Of a DNA stretch of 64,000 nucleotides, positions 1 to 12,500 are shown in pieces. The stretch comes from Burkholderiales bacterium (GTDB lineage: Bacteria; Pseudomonadota; Gammaproteobacteria; Burkholderiales; SG8-39), in the NCBI GenBank assembly GCA_035550695.1, contig DASZOS010000007.1, positions 19,433 through 83,432 of the forward strand, given 5' to 3'. How positions within the stretch are numbered: the stretch's first letter is position 1; each line of letters begins with the position of its first letter. The notes below the pieces were generated by a model. It ran no database searches. It saw only the letters and a list, made by a program, of their open reading frames with translations, and was not told the DNA's origin. The position numbers and the translations under genes were made by a program.

Positions 1-46
1 CGGATGCGATGGTGGTTCCAAGGAATTTGCGGCGCGAGAATCTCAT
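1..46 (-). CDS. 5' fragment of an exported protein with a twin-arginine (Tat) signal; the rest lies beyond the left edge
   Basis: Reverse-strand ATG at 46 reads MRFSRRKFLGTTIAS, containing an S-R-R-x-F-L Tat motif. Only 15 codons are visible. The AT-rich spacer 47-124 is shared with the divergent gene. Confidence 0.35.
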   Translation of the reverse strand, partial: MRFSRRKFLGTTIAS

Positions 47-124
47 GGGGGATATGTTCTCTCGGGAGGGTAATATTTACTATATACGCATAGAGCGCCA
101 GGCAGAAGACGCTTTCACTAGCCC

Positions 125-1123
125 ATGAAGGTCGCCGTCCTCCCGTTCGACATGTCTTCCCCCGGAGATGGCGCCGGCCTGCGCCGCGCCCTGCGGCGCC
201 TGGCGCTGGACGAGGTGCTGCAGCTCGCGGTCGTCGCGAAGATCGAGGGCACCGCCACGCTGAACGACGTGTCGCGCGAGCTGGCAGCCGAGCGAATCGG
301 CGCAGAGCTGCGCCGCGCGGGAGGTCATGCCCTGCTGCGGCGCTCGCTCCGGCTCCTCTCGGCGGGCTGCGAGGGCGTCATCACCCCCGGCGGCTGGGTC
401 ATCGCCTCCTTGAGAGCGAGGGGCGGCGCCGCGTTCGGCCTCGCACTGGGCCATGCGCGCAGCGCGCCGGTGGCGATGCGAGACCGCGCGACACCGCGGC
501 ATATCCGCACCGCCGCAGGCGCCGTGCGCGCAGCGATGCGCCGGGCAGGCCTGGATCGAAAGAGCGTGGAGCTGGTGCTCATCAAGAGCCCGATCCTCCT
601 GGCGGGCGCCGGGCGCCATGCAGGTTCTACGGCGGCCTCGCGTGGGGCGGCCGCGTTGGGCGGCGCGCTCGCGCTCGGCGAGCTGCGCGGCTCCGACATC
701 GACGAAAGCAGCCTGTGCGCGGACTGGACGCTGCACAGCTCGCGAACGATGGCCTTCTCCGGCACCGAGACCGATTGCTGCGAGGCGCTGGTGATGGGCA
801 ACCGGCGCGGCGGCGACTCGCGCCTGCGCGTCGAGCGCGCCGTCCTCGCCGACATCCTCGACGCCGCGCCGCTCGCCGCGCTCGCCTCTGAAGCCAGGGC
901 CGTATTCTATAAAGCGGGCATCGGCCGCTTCGGCACCGTGCGCGGCGCGCGCACGACGGTGCTGACGAGCGAGCTCGCGGCGGACAAGCAGCTGCGCGCC
1001 GCGGCGAGCGGCGTGGTCGGGGCGACTCTCGGCACCACGCGCTCGTTCATCTCCGGAGGCGCCGAGCACCAGGGGCCGCCGGGGACCTGCCTTGCCGCGG
1101 TGATCCGCGCCGCGGACTATTAA
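125..1123 (+). CDS. Ring-opening amidohydrolase (cyanuric acid amidohydrolase / barbiturase, AtzD-TrzD family)
   Basis: 332 aa. Family-typical blocks are present: VAKIEGTATLND, LSAGCEGV, VLIKSPIL, SRGAAALG, and C-terminal FISGGAEHQGPPG (compare AtzD YVSGGAEHQGPAGGG). The repeated Ser/Lys dyad positions are conserved. Confidence 0.8.
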   Translation: MKVAVLPFDMSSPGDGAGLRRALRRLALDEVLQLAVVAKIEGTATLNDVSRELAAERIGAELRRAGGHALLRRSLRLLSAGCEGVITPGGWVIASLRARGGAAFGLALGHARSAPVAMRDRATPRHIRTAAGAVRAAMRRAGLDRKSVELVLIKSPILLAGAGRHAGSTAASRGAAALGGALALGELRGSDIDESSLCADWTLHSSRTMAFSGTETDCCEALVMGNRRGGDSRLRVERAVLADILDAAPLAALASEARAVFYKAGIGRFGTVRGARTTVLTSELAADKQLRAAASGVVGATLGTTRSFISGGAEHQGPPGTCLAAVIRAADY

Positions 1124-1244
1124 ATGGTGACTGTCACCAATAGCCGCTGAATCGCGTGCGTAGACGCACTTCCGGCGAGGGAGGCCTCCTCTAAGGTCGG
1201 GGCTGTAGCACGAGTGAACCCAACCCAAACTGAGGAGATGAACC

Positions 1245-1553
1245 ATGAAACGCCTTATCGTCGCAGTCGCGCTTGCGCTGTCCACCGCCCCCGCCCTCGC
1301 CGAGCACCGCGACGGGCCGTTCGAGCAGAACGAGCTCGACCGCGCGCTCCCCACGGTGCCCGAGAGCATCGCCCCTTACGAGCCGATCTCCAGCGAGCGC
1401 ATGCCCTTCGAGCAAAGCATGCTCGACCGTGCGCACCTCGGCCTGCCCGAGCCCGTGCTGCTGGCAAGTACCGGCGGCACGTCCTACAAGTCCGGCGAGG
1501 AGAGCGAGTCGCCCTGGGCGCACGACCACAACTTCATCTCGCCGGCGCCGTAA
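1245..1553 (+). CDS. Small secreted protein of unknown function with an internal PFEQxxLDRA duplication
   Basis: Signal peptide MKRLIVAVALALSTAPALA. GAGGAG lies 7 nt upstream of the ATG. Motif PFEQNELDRA (nt 1317-1346) is repeated as PFEQSMLDRA (nt 1404-1433). Confidence 0.55.
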   Translation: MKRLIVAVALALSTAPALAEHRDGPFEQNELDRALPTVPESIAPYEPISSERMPFEQSMLDRAHLGLPEPVLLASTGGTSYKSGEESESPWAHDHNFISPAP

Positions 1554-1566
1554 TCGCAGATGCGAT

Positions 1567-2655
1567 TCAGACGTTGAAGCGGAAGTGGATGACGTCGCCG
1601 TCGCGCACGGTGTAGTCCTTGCCCTCGAGGCGCAGCTTTCCGGCTTCCTTCGCGCCCTGCTCGCCGCCGTGGGCGACGAAGTCGTCGTAGGCAGCGACCT
1701 CGGCGCGGATGAAGCCGCGCTCGAAGTCGGTATGGATCACGCCCGCCGCCTGCGGCGCGGTCGCGCCGGCGGGCACGGTCCAGGCGCGCGCTTCCTTGGG
1801 TCCCGCGGTGAAGAAGGTCTGCAGCCCTAGGAGCGCGTACGCCGCGCGGATGACGCGGTTCAGGCCCGGCTCGTCCATCCCCATGTCCTCGAGGAACAGC
1901 TGCTTGTCTTCGTCGGGCATGTCGGCGATCTGCGACTCGACCGAGGCGCTGATCGGGACTACCGGCGCGCCTTCCCTATCGGCGTACGCCTGGACCTCGC
2001 CGAGCGCTTTCTTCGATCCGTCCTCGCCGACGTTCGCCACGTACATGGTGGGCTTCATGGTGAGCAGGAAAAGCGGCTTGACGATTGCGAGCTCCTCCCT
2101 GGAAAGATCGGCGCTGCGCGCCGGGCGGCCCTCGTCCAGAACGGCGGTTACTTTTCTCAGGGCGGAGACCAGGCGCTGCGCTTCCTTGTCGCCGCCCGTC
2201 TGCGCGACCTTCTCGTACTTCGCGAGCTGCCTTTCCACCGACTCCAGATCGGCGAGCGCCAGCTCGGTGTTGATGGTCTCGATGTCGGAGACCGGCTCCA
2301 CCCTGCCCGAGACGTGCACGACGTTCGGATCCTCGAAGCAGCGAACCACGTGCACGATCGCGTCGGTCTCCCGGATGTTGGCGAGGAACTTGTTGCCCAG
2401 GCCCTCGCCCTTCGAGGCGCCGGCGACCAGCCCGGCAATGTCGACGAACTCGACCACCGCGGGCACCACCTTCTGCGGCTGCGCGATCTCGGCGATGACC
2501 TGGAGCCGGCGATCGGGCACCTCGACGATGCCGACGTTCGGCTCGATGGTGCAGAAGGGATAGTTCTCCGCAGCGATCCCGGCCTTGGTGAGCGCATTGA
2601 AGAGCGTGGACTTGCCGACGTTCGGCAGTCCCACGATGCCGCACCTCAAGCTCAT
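1567..2655 (-). CDS. ychF: Redox-regulated ribosome-binding ATPase YchF
   Basis: Starts [23 protein letters not shown] (P-loop) and ends [12 protein letters not shown]. 362 aa. Its ATG overlaps the pth stop (ATGA). The upstream 164 codons of the track ORF are Arg/Ala-rich read-through. Confidence 0.95.
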   Translation of the reverse strand: MSLRCGIVGLPNVGKSTLFNALTKAGIAAENYPFCTIEPNVGIVEVPDRRLQVIAEIAQPQKVVPAVVEFVDIAGLVAGASKGEGLGNKFLANIRETDAIVHVVRCFEDPNVVHVSGRVEPVSDIETINTELALADLESVERQLAKYEKVAQTGGDKEAQRLVSALRKVTAVLDEGRPARSADLSREELAIVKPLFLLTMKPTMYVANVGEDGSKKALGEVQAYADREGAPVVPISASVESQIADMPDEDKQLFLEDMGMDEPGLNRVIRAAYALLGLQTFFTAGPKEARAWTVPAGATAPQAAGVIHTDFERGFIRAEVAAYDDFVAHGGEQGAKEAGKLRLEGKDYTVRDGDVIHFRFNV

Positions 2656-3314
2656 TTCTTGCCGAAGAGGGCTCTCAGGCCGGTCTTCTTCGGCGCCGGG
2701 GGCTCCGGCTCGGTGAGCGGCGCTGCCTTGTCCTGCGGCTCCGGCTTTTTCTCCTCGGTGTGGAGCTTGTTCATCGCCGCCTGCATGTCGCCCGAGAGCA
2801 TGAGCGGCAGGACGTCGAGCGCCCTCTGGATCGCCGCCTCGATGGCGGCGCGTTCCTCGGCGGGCGGCTTCTCCAGCACATAGTCCGCGCCTTCGCGCCC
2901 GGGGGGCGGCTTGCCGACCCCGAGGCGCAGCCGCCAGTACTCGTGCGTCGCCAGCCGCTGCGAGATGTCCTTCAGGCCGTTGTGGCCGGCGATGCCGCCG
3001 CCCTGCTTGAGCTTCGCCACGCCGGGCGGGAAATCGAGCTCGTCGTGCACCACGAGGATTTCGTCCGGCTTGATCTTGAAAAAGCCCGCGAGCATGTGCA
3101 CCGGCTGGCCGCTCAGGTTCATGAATGACTGCGGCAGCAGCAGCCATGTCCCGCTCGGGTCGTGGCGCCCGACCAGCGCCTTGAACTTCTGGTCCTTGCG
3201 CAGCACCACGCCGTTCGCCGACGCGAAGCGCTCGACGAGCCAGAAGCCCGCGTTGTGGCGGGTGCGCTCGTACTCCTTGCCCGGGTTGCCGAGGCCGACG
3301 ACGAGGCGGATCAA
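2652..3314 (-). CDS. pth: Peptidyl-tRNA hydrolase with a Pro/Lys/Glu-rich C-terminal tail
   Basis: [24 protein letters not shown] and HNGLKDI motifs. 220 aa, about 25-30 aa longer than typical Pth. Confidence 0.95.
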   Translation of the reverse strand: MIRLVVGLGNPGKEYERTRHNAGFWLVERFASANGVVLRKDQKFKALVGRHDPSGTWLLLPQSFMNLSGQPVHMLAGFFKIKPDEILVVHDELDFPPGVAKLKQGGGIAGHNGLKDISQRLATHEYWRLRLGVGKPPPGREGADYVLEKPPAEERAAIEAAIQRALDVLPLMLSGDMQAAMNKLHTEEKKPEPQDKAAPLTEPEPPAPKKTGLRALFGKK

Positions 3315-3317
3315 GGC

Positions 3318-4046
3318 TTACTTCTTCTCTTTCTTCTCGCCCTTCTCGCCCTTGTCGGCCGCCTTCTCGGCGCCCTCGGCGGGGGCCTCGCCCTCCTTCG
3401 GCGCCGCGGCCTGCTCGGTCGTCGGCACCTCGGACGGCGCCACGGCCTCCGCGGCGGCGGCTTCTTCTTCCTCGGTGATGAGCGCCGGAATCACCACGGT
3501 GGCGACCACCGGGTTTTCGCCCTTGCGCAGCGTGAGCTCCACGCCCTTCGGCAGCTGCAGATCCGCCGCGTGGATCGAGTGGCCCACGCTCAGATGGCCG
3601 AGGTCCACCTCGATGTACTCGGGCAGGTCGTCCGGGAAGCAGACGATGTCGGCCTCGTTCAGCACGTGGCTCGCGATGCCGCCCTGCTCCTTCACGCCGG
3701 GAGACTTCTCCGCGTTGACGAAGTGCAGGGGCACCTTCATGTGGATCTTGCGGTCCTTCGAGACGCGCTGGAAGTCGACGTGCTGCACCTGCAGCTTGAA
3801 CGGGTGCATGTTCACCGCGCGCAGCAGCACCGGCTGCTTCGCGCCCGCGAGATCGAGCGTCAGGATCGAGGCATGGAACTTCTCGTTGCGCAGGTGCTGG
3901 AAAAGATCCTGGTGGTCGAGCTCGATGTTCACCGGGCCGTCGGCGCCGCCGTAGACGATTCCGGGCACCTTGCCGGTGCGGCGCAGACGGCGGCTCGCGC
4001 CGGTTCCCTGGGACTCGCGCTTTTGCGCGTTGATTTCGAATTTCAT
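3318..4046 (-). CDS. rplY: 50S ribosomal protein L25 / general stress protein Ctc (long form)
   Basis: [34 protein letters not shown], followed by an acidic/Lys-rich C-terminal tail. Confidence 0.95.
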   Translation of the reverse strand: MKFEINAQKRESQGTGASRRLRRTGKVPGIVYGGADGPVNIELDHQDLFQHLRNEKFHASILTLDLAGAKQPVLLRAVNMHPFKLQVQHVDFQRVSKDRKIHMKVPLHFVNAEKSPGVKEQGGIASHVLNEADIVCFPDDLPEYIEVDLGHLSVGHSIHAADLQLPKGVELTLRKGENPVVATVVIPALITEEEEAAAAEAVAPSEVPTTEQAAAPKEGEAPAEGAEKAADKGEKGEKKEKK

Positions 4047-4065
4047 CTCGTTACTCCAAAAAAAA

Positions 4066-5040
4066 CTATTCTATGAACAGCGAGCTCACCGATTCCTCGG
4101 TGTATATGCGCAGGATCGTTTCGGCGAGCAGCCCCGCCACCGACAGGCTGCGGATCTTTTCGCAGCCGCGCGCGTCCTCGCGCAGCGGAATGGTGTCGGT
4201 GACCACCAGCTCGTCGAGGTCGGACTTGGCGATGCGCTCCACCGCCGGCCCCGAAAGCACGGCGTGCGTGCAGTAGGCGACCACCTTGGTGGCGCCCTCT
4301 TCCTTCAGCACCTGGGCCGCCTTCACCAGCGTCCCGGCGGTATCGACCATGTCGTCCATGATCACGCAGGTGCGGTCCTTCACCTCGCCGATCACGTTCA
4401 TCACTTCGGAGACGTTCGCCTTCGGCCGGCGCTTGTCGATGATCGCGAGATCGGATTCCAGCCGCTTCGCGAGCGCCCGGGCGCGCACCACGCCGCCGAC
4501 GTCGGGCGACACCACGATGAGATCCTCGTAGCGCTGCTTCCACACGTCTCCGAGGAGCACCGGCGCGGCGTAGATGTTGTCCACGGGGATGTCGAAGAAT
4601 CCCTGGATCTGGTCGGCGTGCAGGTCCATCGTCAGCACCCGCGCCACGCCCACCGACTGCAGCATGTTCGCCACCACCTTCGCGCTGATCGCCACGCGCG
4701 CCGAGCGCGGCCTGCGGTCCTGGCGCGAATAGCCGAAATACGGGATCGCCGCCGTGACGCGCGCCGCCGAGGAGCGCTTCAGCGCGTCGATCATCACCAG
4801 CAGCTCCATCAGGTTGTCGTTGGTAGGCGCGCAGGTCGACTGCAGCACGAAGACATCCTTGCCGCGCACGTTCTCGAGGAGCTCGACCATCACCTCGCCG
4901 TCGGAGAACTTGCCGACTATGGCGCGGCCGAGCGAAAGGTTCAGGTGGCGCGCGACCTCCTGCGCGAGGCGCGCATTGGCGTTGCCGGTAAAAACCATCA
5001 ACCGCTCGAGCGGCGCCGCGCTAGCCATGCCGTGATTCAT
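4066..5040 (-). CDS. prs: Ribose-phosphate pyrophosphokinase
   Basis: [28 protein letters not shown], and the PRPP-binding loop [11 protein letters not shown]. Confidence 0.95.
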   Translation of the reverse strand: MNHGMASAAPLERLMVFTGNANARLAQEVARHLNLSLGRAIVGKFSDGEVMVELLENVRGKDVFVLQSTCAPTNDNLMELLVMIDALKRSSAARVTAAIPYFGYSRQDRRPRSARVAISAKVVANMLQSVGVARVLTMDLHADQIQGFFDIPVDNIYAAPVLLGDVWKQRYEDLIVVSPDVGGVVRARALAKRLESDLAIIDKRRPKANVSEVMNVIGEVKDRTCVIMDDMVDTAGTLVKAAQVLKEEGATKVVAYCTHAVLSGPAVERIAKSDLDELVVTDTIPLREDARGCEKIRSLSVAGLLAETILRIYTEESVSSLFIE

Positions 5041-5055
5041 CGCGCCTTCGTGTTA

Positions 5056-5132
5056 TGGCTGGGGAGGAAGGATTCGAACCCTCGTATGCCGGAATCAAAA
5101 TCCGGTGCCTTAACCAGCTTGGCGACTCCCCA
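5056..5132 (-). tRNA. tRNA-Gln (anticodon UUG), CCA encoded
   Basis: Reverse complement is TGGGGAGTCGCCAAGCTGGTTAAGGCACCGGATTTTGATTCCGGCATACGAGGGTTCGAATCCTTCCTCCCCAGCCA. Acceptor stem TGGGGAG/CTCCCCA, anticodon loop T-TTG-A, T-loop GGTTCGAATCC. Close to E. coli tRNA-Gln. Confidence 0.9.
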
Positions 5133-5139
5133 GTCGGAA

Positions 5140-5976
5140 TCAATCCGTCCACTCGCAGAGCGGGTGCCGATCCAGTCCCCGCGCCACGAACCCCTTCATT
5201 GCCCCCGGCAACGCGGCGTGCACCGCGCGCGCCTCGGCCTCGGCCTCGAACTCGGCGAATACGCACGCTCCGGATCCGGTCATGCGCGCCTGCGGGCAGC
5301 GTTGCCTGAGCCATTCGAGGTTCGCCGCGACTTCGGGATATCTCGCCACGACCGCCGCTTCCAGATCGTTGCGTCCCTGCCCCGAGAAAAAGGGCGGTAT
5401 TGTGAGTCGTTTCGAATGATGTGTCAACGAGCCAGCGAAGGTTTCTCGTGTGGAAACCGAGACTTGCGGCTCGAGCACGAGGTACCACGCGGCCGGCAGA
5501 TCGAGGGCGCGAAGCTGCTCGCCGATGCCTTCGCCGAGCGCATTGCGGCCGTAGACGAACACCGGCACGTCCGCACCGAGCTTTTTTCCCAGATCCATCA
5601 ATCTTTGCCGATCGATGCCGAGATCCCAGAGCCTGTTGAGCACGAGAAGCACTGTTGCCGCGTCGGAGGAGCCTCCGCCCATGCCGCCGCCCACCGGCAG
5701 CTTCTTCTCGAGCGCGAGATCGGCGCCCTGTCGCGCTCCGGTCTGCGCCTTGAGAAGGCGCGCGGCGCGCACGCAGAGGTTGTCCTCGCCGAACGGACCC
5801 GAGAACCGGATGTCACCGTCCTCGCGGGCCGCGATGCCGACGCGGTCGGCCCGCTCGATCAGGCGAAACACGGTCTGCAGCTCGTGGTAGCCCGCATGTT
5901 CACCTTCCTCGCGCCGCCCGAGGACGTGCAGGAACAGGTTGAGCTTTCCCGGCGCCGGGTACCAGCTCACTTCCAT
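5140..5976 (-). CDS. ispE: 4-diphosphocytidyl-2-C-methyl-D-erythritol kinase
   Basis: YPAPGKLNLFLHV and the GHMP kinase motif KKLPVGGGMGGGSSDAATVL. Start chosen at MEVSWYPAPGKLN. Confidence 0.9.
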   Translation of the reverse strand: MEVSWYPAPGKLNLFLHVLGRREEGEHAGYHELQTVFRLIERADRVGIAAREDGDIRFSGPFGEDNLCVRAARLLKAQTGARQGADLALEKKLPVGGGMGGGSSDAATVLLVLNRLWDLGIDRQRLMDLGKKLGADVPVFVYGRNALGEGIGEQLRALDLPAAWYLVLEPQVSVSTRETFAGSLTHHSKRLTIPPFFSGQGRNDLEAAVVARYPEVAANLEWLRQRCPQARMTGSGACVFAEFEAEAEARAVHAALPGAMKGFVARGLDRHPLCEWTD

Positions 5977-6488
5977 TGGGAAATCGCCAGCCGCAGCTCG
6001 ATGCCCGGATAGGCGAGCCGCATGCGCGAAGGGAGCTTGCCCGCGTATTCCACGAACTCGATGTTCCAGCCGCCCTGCTGCAACGAAAGCAGCCGCCCGT
6101 CGGGCGCGTATTCGGCCGTCGCGGGCGACTCGGTGGAGGGGCGGCCGCGCACCCATTCGGCAAGCCCGGCAAGCGGCACGCGGAAGCCGAGCACCTGCTC
6201 GGTCAGCGCCTCGGCGTCCGAAGCGCGGTATTCGCGCGGCTCCGCAGTGGTAAGCACTATCTGCTCTCCCTCGCGCGCGAGGCGCGCGATTCCTGCACCG
6301 AGTGGAGAGGTAATCAGCATCTCGTCGGCGTTGCGCGCATGCCGCCATGCCAGGTTGGCGCTGAAGGACTCGTTGCCGTAGCGCGCGGCAAGGCGCCCGG
6401 CGAGATCGAACTCGGGCTTTTCGATCGACGGCGCGACGCTCGCGCAAGCGGCGAGAGCGAGCGCCGCGAGCGTGGAGGCGAGCCGCAT
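5967..6488 (-). CDS. lolB: Outer-membrane lipoprotein LolB
   Basis: Start at [15 protein letters not shown] (lipobox L-A-A-C). Canonical lolB-ispE order. Its ATG shares one base with the upstream TGA (TGATG). Confidence 0.85.
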   Translation of the reverse strand: MRLASTLAALALAACASVAPSIEKPEFDLAGRLAARYGNESFSANLAWRHARNADEMLITSPLGAGIARLAREGEQIVLTTAEPREYRASDAEALTEQVLGFRVPLAGLAEWVRGRPSTESPATAEYAPDGRLLSLQQGGWNIEFVEYAGKLPSRMRLAYPGIELRLAISQWK

Positions 6489-8164
6489 CACTTCCTTAGG
6501 CGCTTGATGGTCTTCTGCAGCGTCTCGTTGTCCGGGCTCGCCTTCAGCGACTCCTGCCAGATCCGGTCGGCTTCCTCGCGCGAGCCCATCATCCAAAGCA
6601 CCTCGCCGAGGTGGGCGCCGATCTCCGCATCCGGGCGGCCGTTGTAGGCGCGGCGCAGCTGCTCGACCGCGCCGCGCAGGTCGCCCTCGCGATAAAGCAC
6701 CCAGCCGAGGCTGTCGACGATGAAGTAGTCATCGGGCGCGAGCTCGAGCGCCTTCTCGATCAGCTTTCTCGCCTCGGGCAGGCGCAGGTTGCGCTCGGCG
6801 AGCGAATAGCCGAGGGCGTTGTAGGCGTGGGCATGGTCGGGGCGCACGCCGATCAGCTTGCGCAGGTTGGCTTCGGCCACGTCGAAGCGCTCGAGCTTTT
6901 CCGCGGTGAGCGCATAGTCGTAGAGCAGCTCGGGCTGATCCGGCTGCCGGGCGAGCGCCTCGCCGAGGATCTTGAAGGCCTCCTCGCCGCGGTTGGCGTC
7001 GCGCAGCAGCTGCGCCTCGGCGACCGTGAGCTGCGGCTCGTCTTCCGGATTTTCTGCGGCCACGCGCTTGAGATAGGCTCGCGCCTCTTCGAGCTTGCCC
7101 TGTCTGGCGATGGCGTTGGCGATGCGCATGCGCGCCGGAACGAGGTTGTCCCCGCCCTTGATGCGCTCGTACCACTGCACCGCCTGGATCCATTGCTTCT
7201 GCTCTTCGGCGATCTGGCCGAGGAGGTAGCGCACGGTGTCGGCATCGCGATAGCCGAGCGCGAGCAGCCGCTTCATGTTGTCTTCGGCGATCGGGTAATC
7301 CTTGAGCTGGAAGGCGAGCAGCCCGACGGCGTAGATCACCTCGGTGTTGCCCGGGTTCGCGGCGAGCACCGCCTCGAACTGCTTGCGCGCCTCGGAAAGC
7401 CGCTTGTCGAGCACCAGGGCGCGCGCGTAGTTGAGGCGCGCTTCGCGCGAGTTGGGGTTCTTCTCGACGAAGTCGCCGAGCACTTTCGCGGCGGCCGAAG
7501 GCGAGCTTTTCTGCACGATCTGCGCCTCGAGGAGCGCCGGGAGCTCCCAGTCGGGGCGCAGCGCTGCGGCGCGGCGCAGGGCGGCAATCGCGGCATCGTC
7601 GTCGCCCGCGCTCGCCGAGGCTTGCGCCAAGGCGAAATGGGCCTGAGCGAGCTCGGGGTGCTTGGCGGCGAGGCTGCGCACCACGCGCAGGTTGGCCGCC
7701 TTGTCCGGATTGGCGGCGAGGAGGCGATTGAGCTGCATGTAGCCGTTCTCGAGATTGACGCCGTCGGAGGCGAGCAGCCGCTCGAGATAGGGCAGCGCCT
7801 GCTCGACGCGCTTCCCCGCGACGAGCAGCGCCGCGACGATCTGCAAAGCATGGGTCGAGGACGGCTCGAGGTCGAGCCAGGTCGTCGCCGCCTCCAGCGC
7901 GAGCTCGGGCATGCGACCCTGGTTGGCGATCTCGACCGCCCGCCGGGCGACGCGCGGGTCGCGGGTGCGCCGCGCGAGATCGATGAAAGTCTGGGCGGCG
8001 AGGGCGTGGTCGCCGCGCTGCAGCGCGATCTCGCCCAGCAGGAACTCGTACAGCGTCGGCTCGTTGAGCTCGCCGGAAGGAATATCCTTGGTCTGCGCGA
8101 CCGCGGCGCAACCGGCGATCGACAGCGCGGAAACGACGATCAGAAAGCGGAACGTTTTCGGCAT
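6488..8164 (-). CDS. TPR-repeat lipoprotein
   Basis: [19 protein letters not shown] lipobox, then many 34-aa Ala/Leu/Tyr-patterned repeats. This is the conserved position upstream of lolB. Confidence 0.8.
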   Translation of the reverse strand: MPKTFRFLIVVSALSIAGCAAVAQTKDIPSGELNEPTLYEFLLGEIALQRGDHALAAQTFIDLARRTRDPRVARRAVEIANQGRMPELALEAATTWLDLEPSSTHALQIVAALLVAGKRVEQALPYLERLLASDGVNLENGYMQLNRLLAANPDKAANLRVVRSLAAKHPELAQAHFALAQASASAGDDDAAIAALRRAAALRPDWELPALLEAQIVQKSSPSAAAKVLGDFVEKNPNSREARLNYARALVLDKRLSEARKQFEAVLAANPGNTEVIYAVGLLAFQLKDYPIAEDNMKRLLALGYRDADTVRYLLGQIAEEQKQWIQAVQWYERIKGGDNLVPARMRIANAIARQGKLEEARAYLKRVAAENPEDEPQLTVAEAQLLRDANRGEEAFKILGEALARQPDQPELLYDYALTAEKLERFDVAEANLRKLIGVRPDHAHAYNALGYSLAERNLRLPEARKLIEKALELAPDDYFIVDSLGWVLYREGDLRGAVEQLRRAYNGRPDAEIGAHLGEVLWMMGSREEADRIWQESLKASPDNETLQKTIKRLRK

Positions 8165-8221
8165 CTGGGGGTTCGACCGATCTTAGGTATATTTGGTGCC
8201 CCGCACAAGCCACCTCAGCAC

Positions 8222-10070
<1,849 letters not shown>

Positions 10071-10076
10071 GCATCG

Positions 10077-10979
10077 ATGGTAGCGCTCTCCTGGGCCGCG
10101 CGCCTCAAGGCTGGTCTCGCGCGCACACGCGATGTTCTCAATACGCCGGTCTCGGAGCTGCTCACGCGCCGCAAGATCGACGAGGCGCTCTACGAGGAGC
10201 TCGAGACGGCGCTGCTGCAGGCCGACTGCGGCGTCGCGGCGACCCGCTCGCTCGTCGATTCGCTCAGAAAGCAGAAGCTCGCCGACGGCGAGGCGCTGAA
10301 GCAGGCGCTCAAGGACGCGATCGCCGAGCTTCTCGCGCCGCTCGAGAAGAAGCTCGAGGCCGCGCGCACGAAACCTTTCGTCATCATGATCGCGGGCGTG
10401 AACGGCTCGGGCAAGACCACCTCGATCGGCAAGCTCGCCAAGTGGCTGCAGTCGCAGGGGCGCAGCGTGATGCTCGCCGCGGGCGACACCTATCGCGCCG
10501 CGGCGCGCGAGCAGCTCGTCGCCTGGGGCGCGCGCAACAACGTTCCGGTGATCGCGCAGGCTTCGGGCGACCCGGGGGCGGTGGTGTTCGATGCGCTCAG
10601 CGCCGCGCGCGCGCGCGGCACCGACGTCGTCATCGCCGATACCGCGGGCCGGCTGCCGACGCAGCTGCATCTCATGGAAGAGATCCGCAAGGTGAAGCGC
10701 GTCGCCGCCAAGGCGCTCGAGGGCGCGCCGCACGAGGTGCTGCTGGTGCTCGACGCCAACACCGGGCAGAACTCGCTTGCGCAGGTGAAAGCCTTCGACG
10801 AGGCGCTCGGCCTCACCGGCCTCATCCTCACCAAGCTCGACGGCACCGCGAAGGGCGGCGTGGTGTGCGCCATCGCAAAAGAGAAGCCGGTCCCGCTGCT
10901 CTTCGTCGGCGTCGGCGAGGGCATCGACGACCTGCGCCCTTTCGTGGCGCGCGACTTCGCCGAGGCGCTGGTTGGTTAG
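10077..10979 (+). CDS. ftsY: Signal recognition particle receptor FtsY (short, NG-domain form)
   Basis: IAGVNGSGKTTSIGKLA, DTAGRL, TKLDGTAKGG. 300 aa with an amphipathic N-terminus. Confidence 0.9.
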   Translation: MVALSWAARLKAGLARTRDVLNTPVSELLTRRKIDEALYEELETALLQADCGVAATRSLVDSLRKQKLADGEALKQALKDAIAELLAPLEKKLEAARTKPFVIMIAGVNGSGKTTSIGKLAKWLQSQGRSVMLAAGDTYRAAAREQLVAWGARNNVPVIAQASGDPGAVVFDALSAARARGTDVVIADTAGRLPTQLHLMEEIRKVKRVAAKALEGAPHEVLLVLDANTGQNSLAQVKAFDEALGLTGLILTKLDGTAKGGVVCAIAKEKPVPLLFVGVGEGIDDLRPFVARDFAEALVG

Positions 10980-11622
10980 CTTCTCCTCCGTCGCCAAGCG
11001 CTACCCGGGCGGCCAGGAGGCACTGAAAAGCGTTTCCTTCGCCCTCGAGCCCGGCGAGCTCGCCTTCATTACCGGGCGCTCGGGCGCCGGGAAATCGACC
11101 GCTCTCAAGCTCATTCCCGCGATCGAGCGGCCGAGCGCGGGCTCGGTCATCGTCAACGGCCAGAACGTCGGCGCGCTCAAGCGCGCGGCGATCCCCTACC
11201 TTCGCCGCAATATCGGCATGGTGTTCCAGGATCAGAAGCTGCTTTACGACCGCAGCGTGTTCGACAACGTGATACTGCCGCTCGCCTTCTCGGGCCACGC
11301 GCCGCGCGAAGCGGCCCGCAGGGCGCGCGCCGCTCTGGACAAGGTGGGTTTGCTCGGGCGCGAGCGCTCGAACCCGGTCGAGCTCTCCGGCGGCGAGCAG
11401 CAGCGCCTCGCCATCGCGCGCGCGGTCGTCAACCGGCCCGCGCTGCTGATCGGCGATGAGCCGACCGCGAACCTCGACGCCGAATCCGCGGCCCGCATCC
11501 TCGACATCTTCGTCGACTTCAACCAGGTGGGCGTGACCGTCCTCATCGCCACGCACGACCAGGCGCTGGTCGAGCGCTACGGCCGCAAGGTCCTGCACCT
11601 CGAGGCGGGGCGCATCGCATGA
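10972..11622 (+). CDS. ftsE: Cell-division ABC transporter ATPase FtsE
   Basis: Walker [10 protein letters not shown], signature LSGGEQQR, Walker [12 protein letters not shown] start overlaps the ftsY stop. Confidence 0.9.
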   Translation: MVSFSSVAKRYPGGQEALKSVSFALEPGELAFITGRSGAGKSTALKLIPAIERPSAGSVIVNGQNVGALKRAAIPYLRRNIGMVFQDQKLLYDRSVFDNVILPLAFSGHAPREAARRARAALDKVGLLGRERSNPVELSGGEQQRLAIARAVVNRPALLIGDEPTANLDAESAARILDIFVDFNQVGVTVLIATHDQALVERYGRKVLHLEAGRIA

Positions 11623-12500
11623 GCGCGTGGCTGCGGCTGCACCGCCGGGCGTTCGCCACGGGACTGCGGCGCCTGGGGGCGCTCAACGCGCTGGTCATCG
11701 GCGTGGCGCTTTCGCTGCCGGCTGGCGGCTACGTCCTGCTCGACGGCCTGCGCGCGCTCGCCGGCCGCTTCGCGCTCGATGCGCAGGTTTCCGTATTCCT
11801 GCGCGCCGACCTGAAGCGCTCCGAGGCCGAGGCGCTCGGAAAAACGCTGCGCGCCGACCGGCGCATCGCAGCCGTGCGCTTCGTGCCGCGCGAAGAAGCC
11901 CTGAAAGAGCTAGCCGCCGTGCAAGGCATGCCGGAGGTCATCGCCGCGCTCGGCCACAATCCGCTGCCGGACGTGTTCGTGGTGAGCTCCAAGGGCAACA
12001 CGCTGGAAGCCCTTGCCGTCGACCTGGGCAAGCTCCCCGGCGTCGCGCATGTACAGGCCGATGCCGCGTGGGCGCGCCGCCTCGCCGCGCTCGCCGCGAT
12101 CGGTCGCCTGGCGCTCTGGCTGCTGAGCGCGCTGCTCGGGATCGGGCTGGTTGCAGTCACGTTCAACACGATCCGGCTGCAGATCCTCACCCAGCGCGAG
12201 GAAATCGAGGTCTCGAAGCTGATCGGCGCAACCGACGCCTTCATTCGCCGGCCGTTCTACTACCTGGGAGCGCTCCAGGGAGTGGCCGGCGGGGTGGCGG
12301 CGATCGCCATCGTCGCTGCCGGGCTTGCGCTCCTCAACCGCGAGGTGGCGGTGCTCGCCGATTCCTACGGCTCGACGTTTCGCTTCGCCTTCCTCGACGC
12401 GGGCGACGCTTGCGCGGTCGTGCTCTTCGCGGGGCTGCTCGGCTGGCTCGGGGCCCACCTTTCGGTCAGCCGCCACCTGCGGCAGATCGAAGCGAGCTAG
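11619..12500 (+). CDS. ftsX: Cell-division permease-like protein FtsX
   Basis: Four predicted TM segments, a periplasmic loop, ATGA overlap with ftsE, and the ftsYEX order. Confidence 0.9.
   Translation: MSAWLRLHRRAFATGLRRLGALNALVIGVALSLPAGGYVLLDGLRALAGRFALDAQVSVFLRADLKRSEAEALGKTLRADRRIAAVRFVPREEALKELAAVQGMPEVIAALGHNPLPDVFVVSSKGNTLEALAVDLGKLPGVAHVQADAAWARRLAALAAIGRLALWLLSALLGIGLVAVTFNTIRLQILTQREEIEVSKLIGATDAFIRRPFYYLGALQGVAGGVAAIAIVAAGLALLNREVAVLADSYGSTFRFAFLDAGDACAVVLFAGLLGWLGAHLSVSRHLRQIEAS

Noticed and set aside
80-1369. 429-aa minus-strand ORF covering the amidohydrolase gene
   Set aside because: It is Arg/Ala/Gly-rich with no recognisable motifs and lies antisense to a gene with clear family signatures. 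This is a typical GC-rich shadow ORF.
1552-1567. Palindrome AATCGCA-GA-TGCGATT between the convergent 102-aa gene and ychF
   Set aside because: The stem is only 6-7 bp with a 2-nt loop and no T-tract on either strand. It is too weak to call a bidirectional terminator.
3970-6012. 680-aa plus-strand ORF
   Set aside because: It runs antisense through prs, the tRNA-Gln gene and ispE. Its composition is Arg/His/Ala-rich and it has no domain signatures.
5967-6596. Longer 209-aa version of lolB starting at 6596
   Set aside because: The extra 36 codons overlap the TPR gene and precede an obvious lipoprotein signal peptide that begins at the Met at 6488.
6611-8221. 5' two-thirds of the 808-aa ORF that ends as mutM
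   Set aside because: It is antisense to the TPR lipoprotein gene. Real Fpg must begin with MPELPEV at 8222, because the N-terminal Pro is catalytic.
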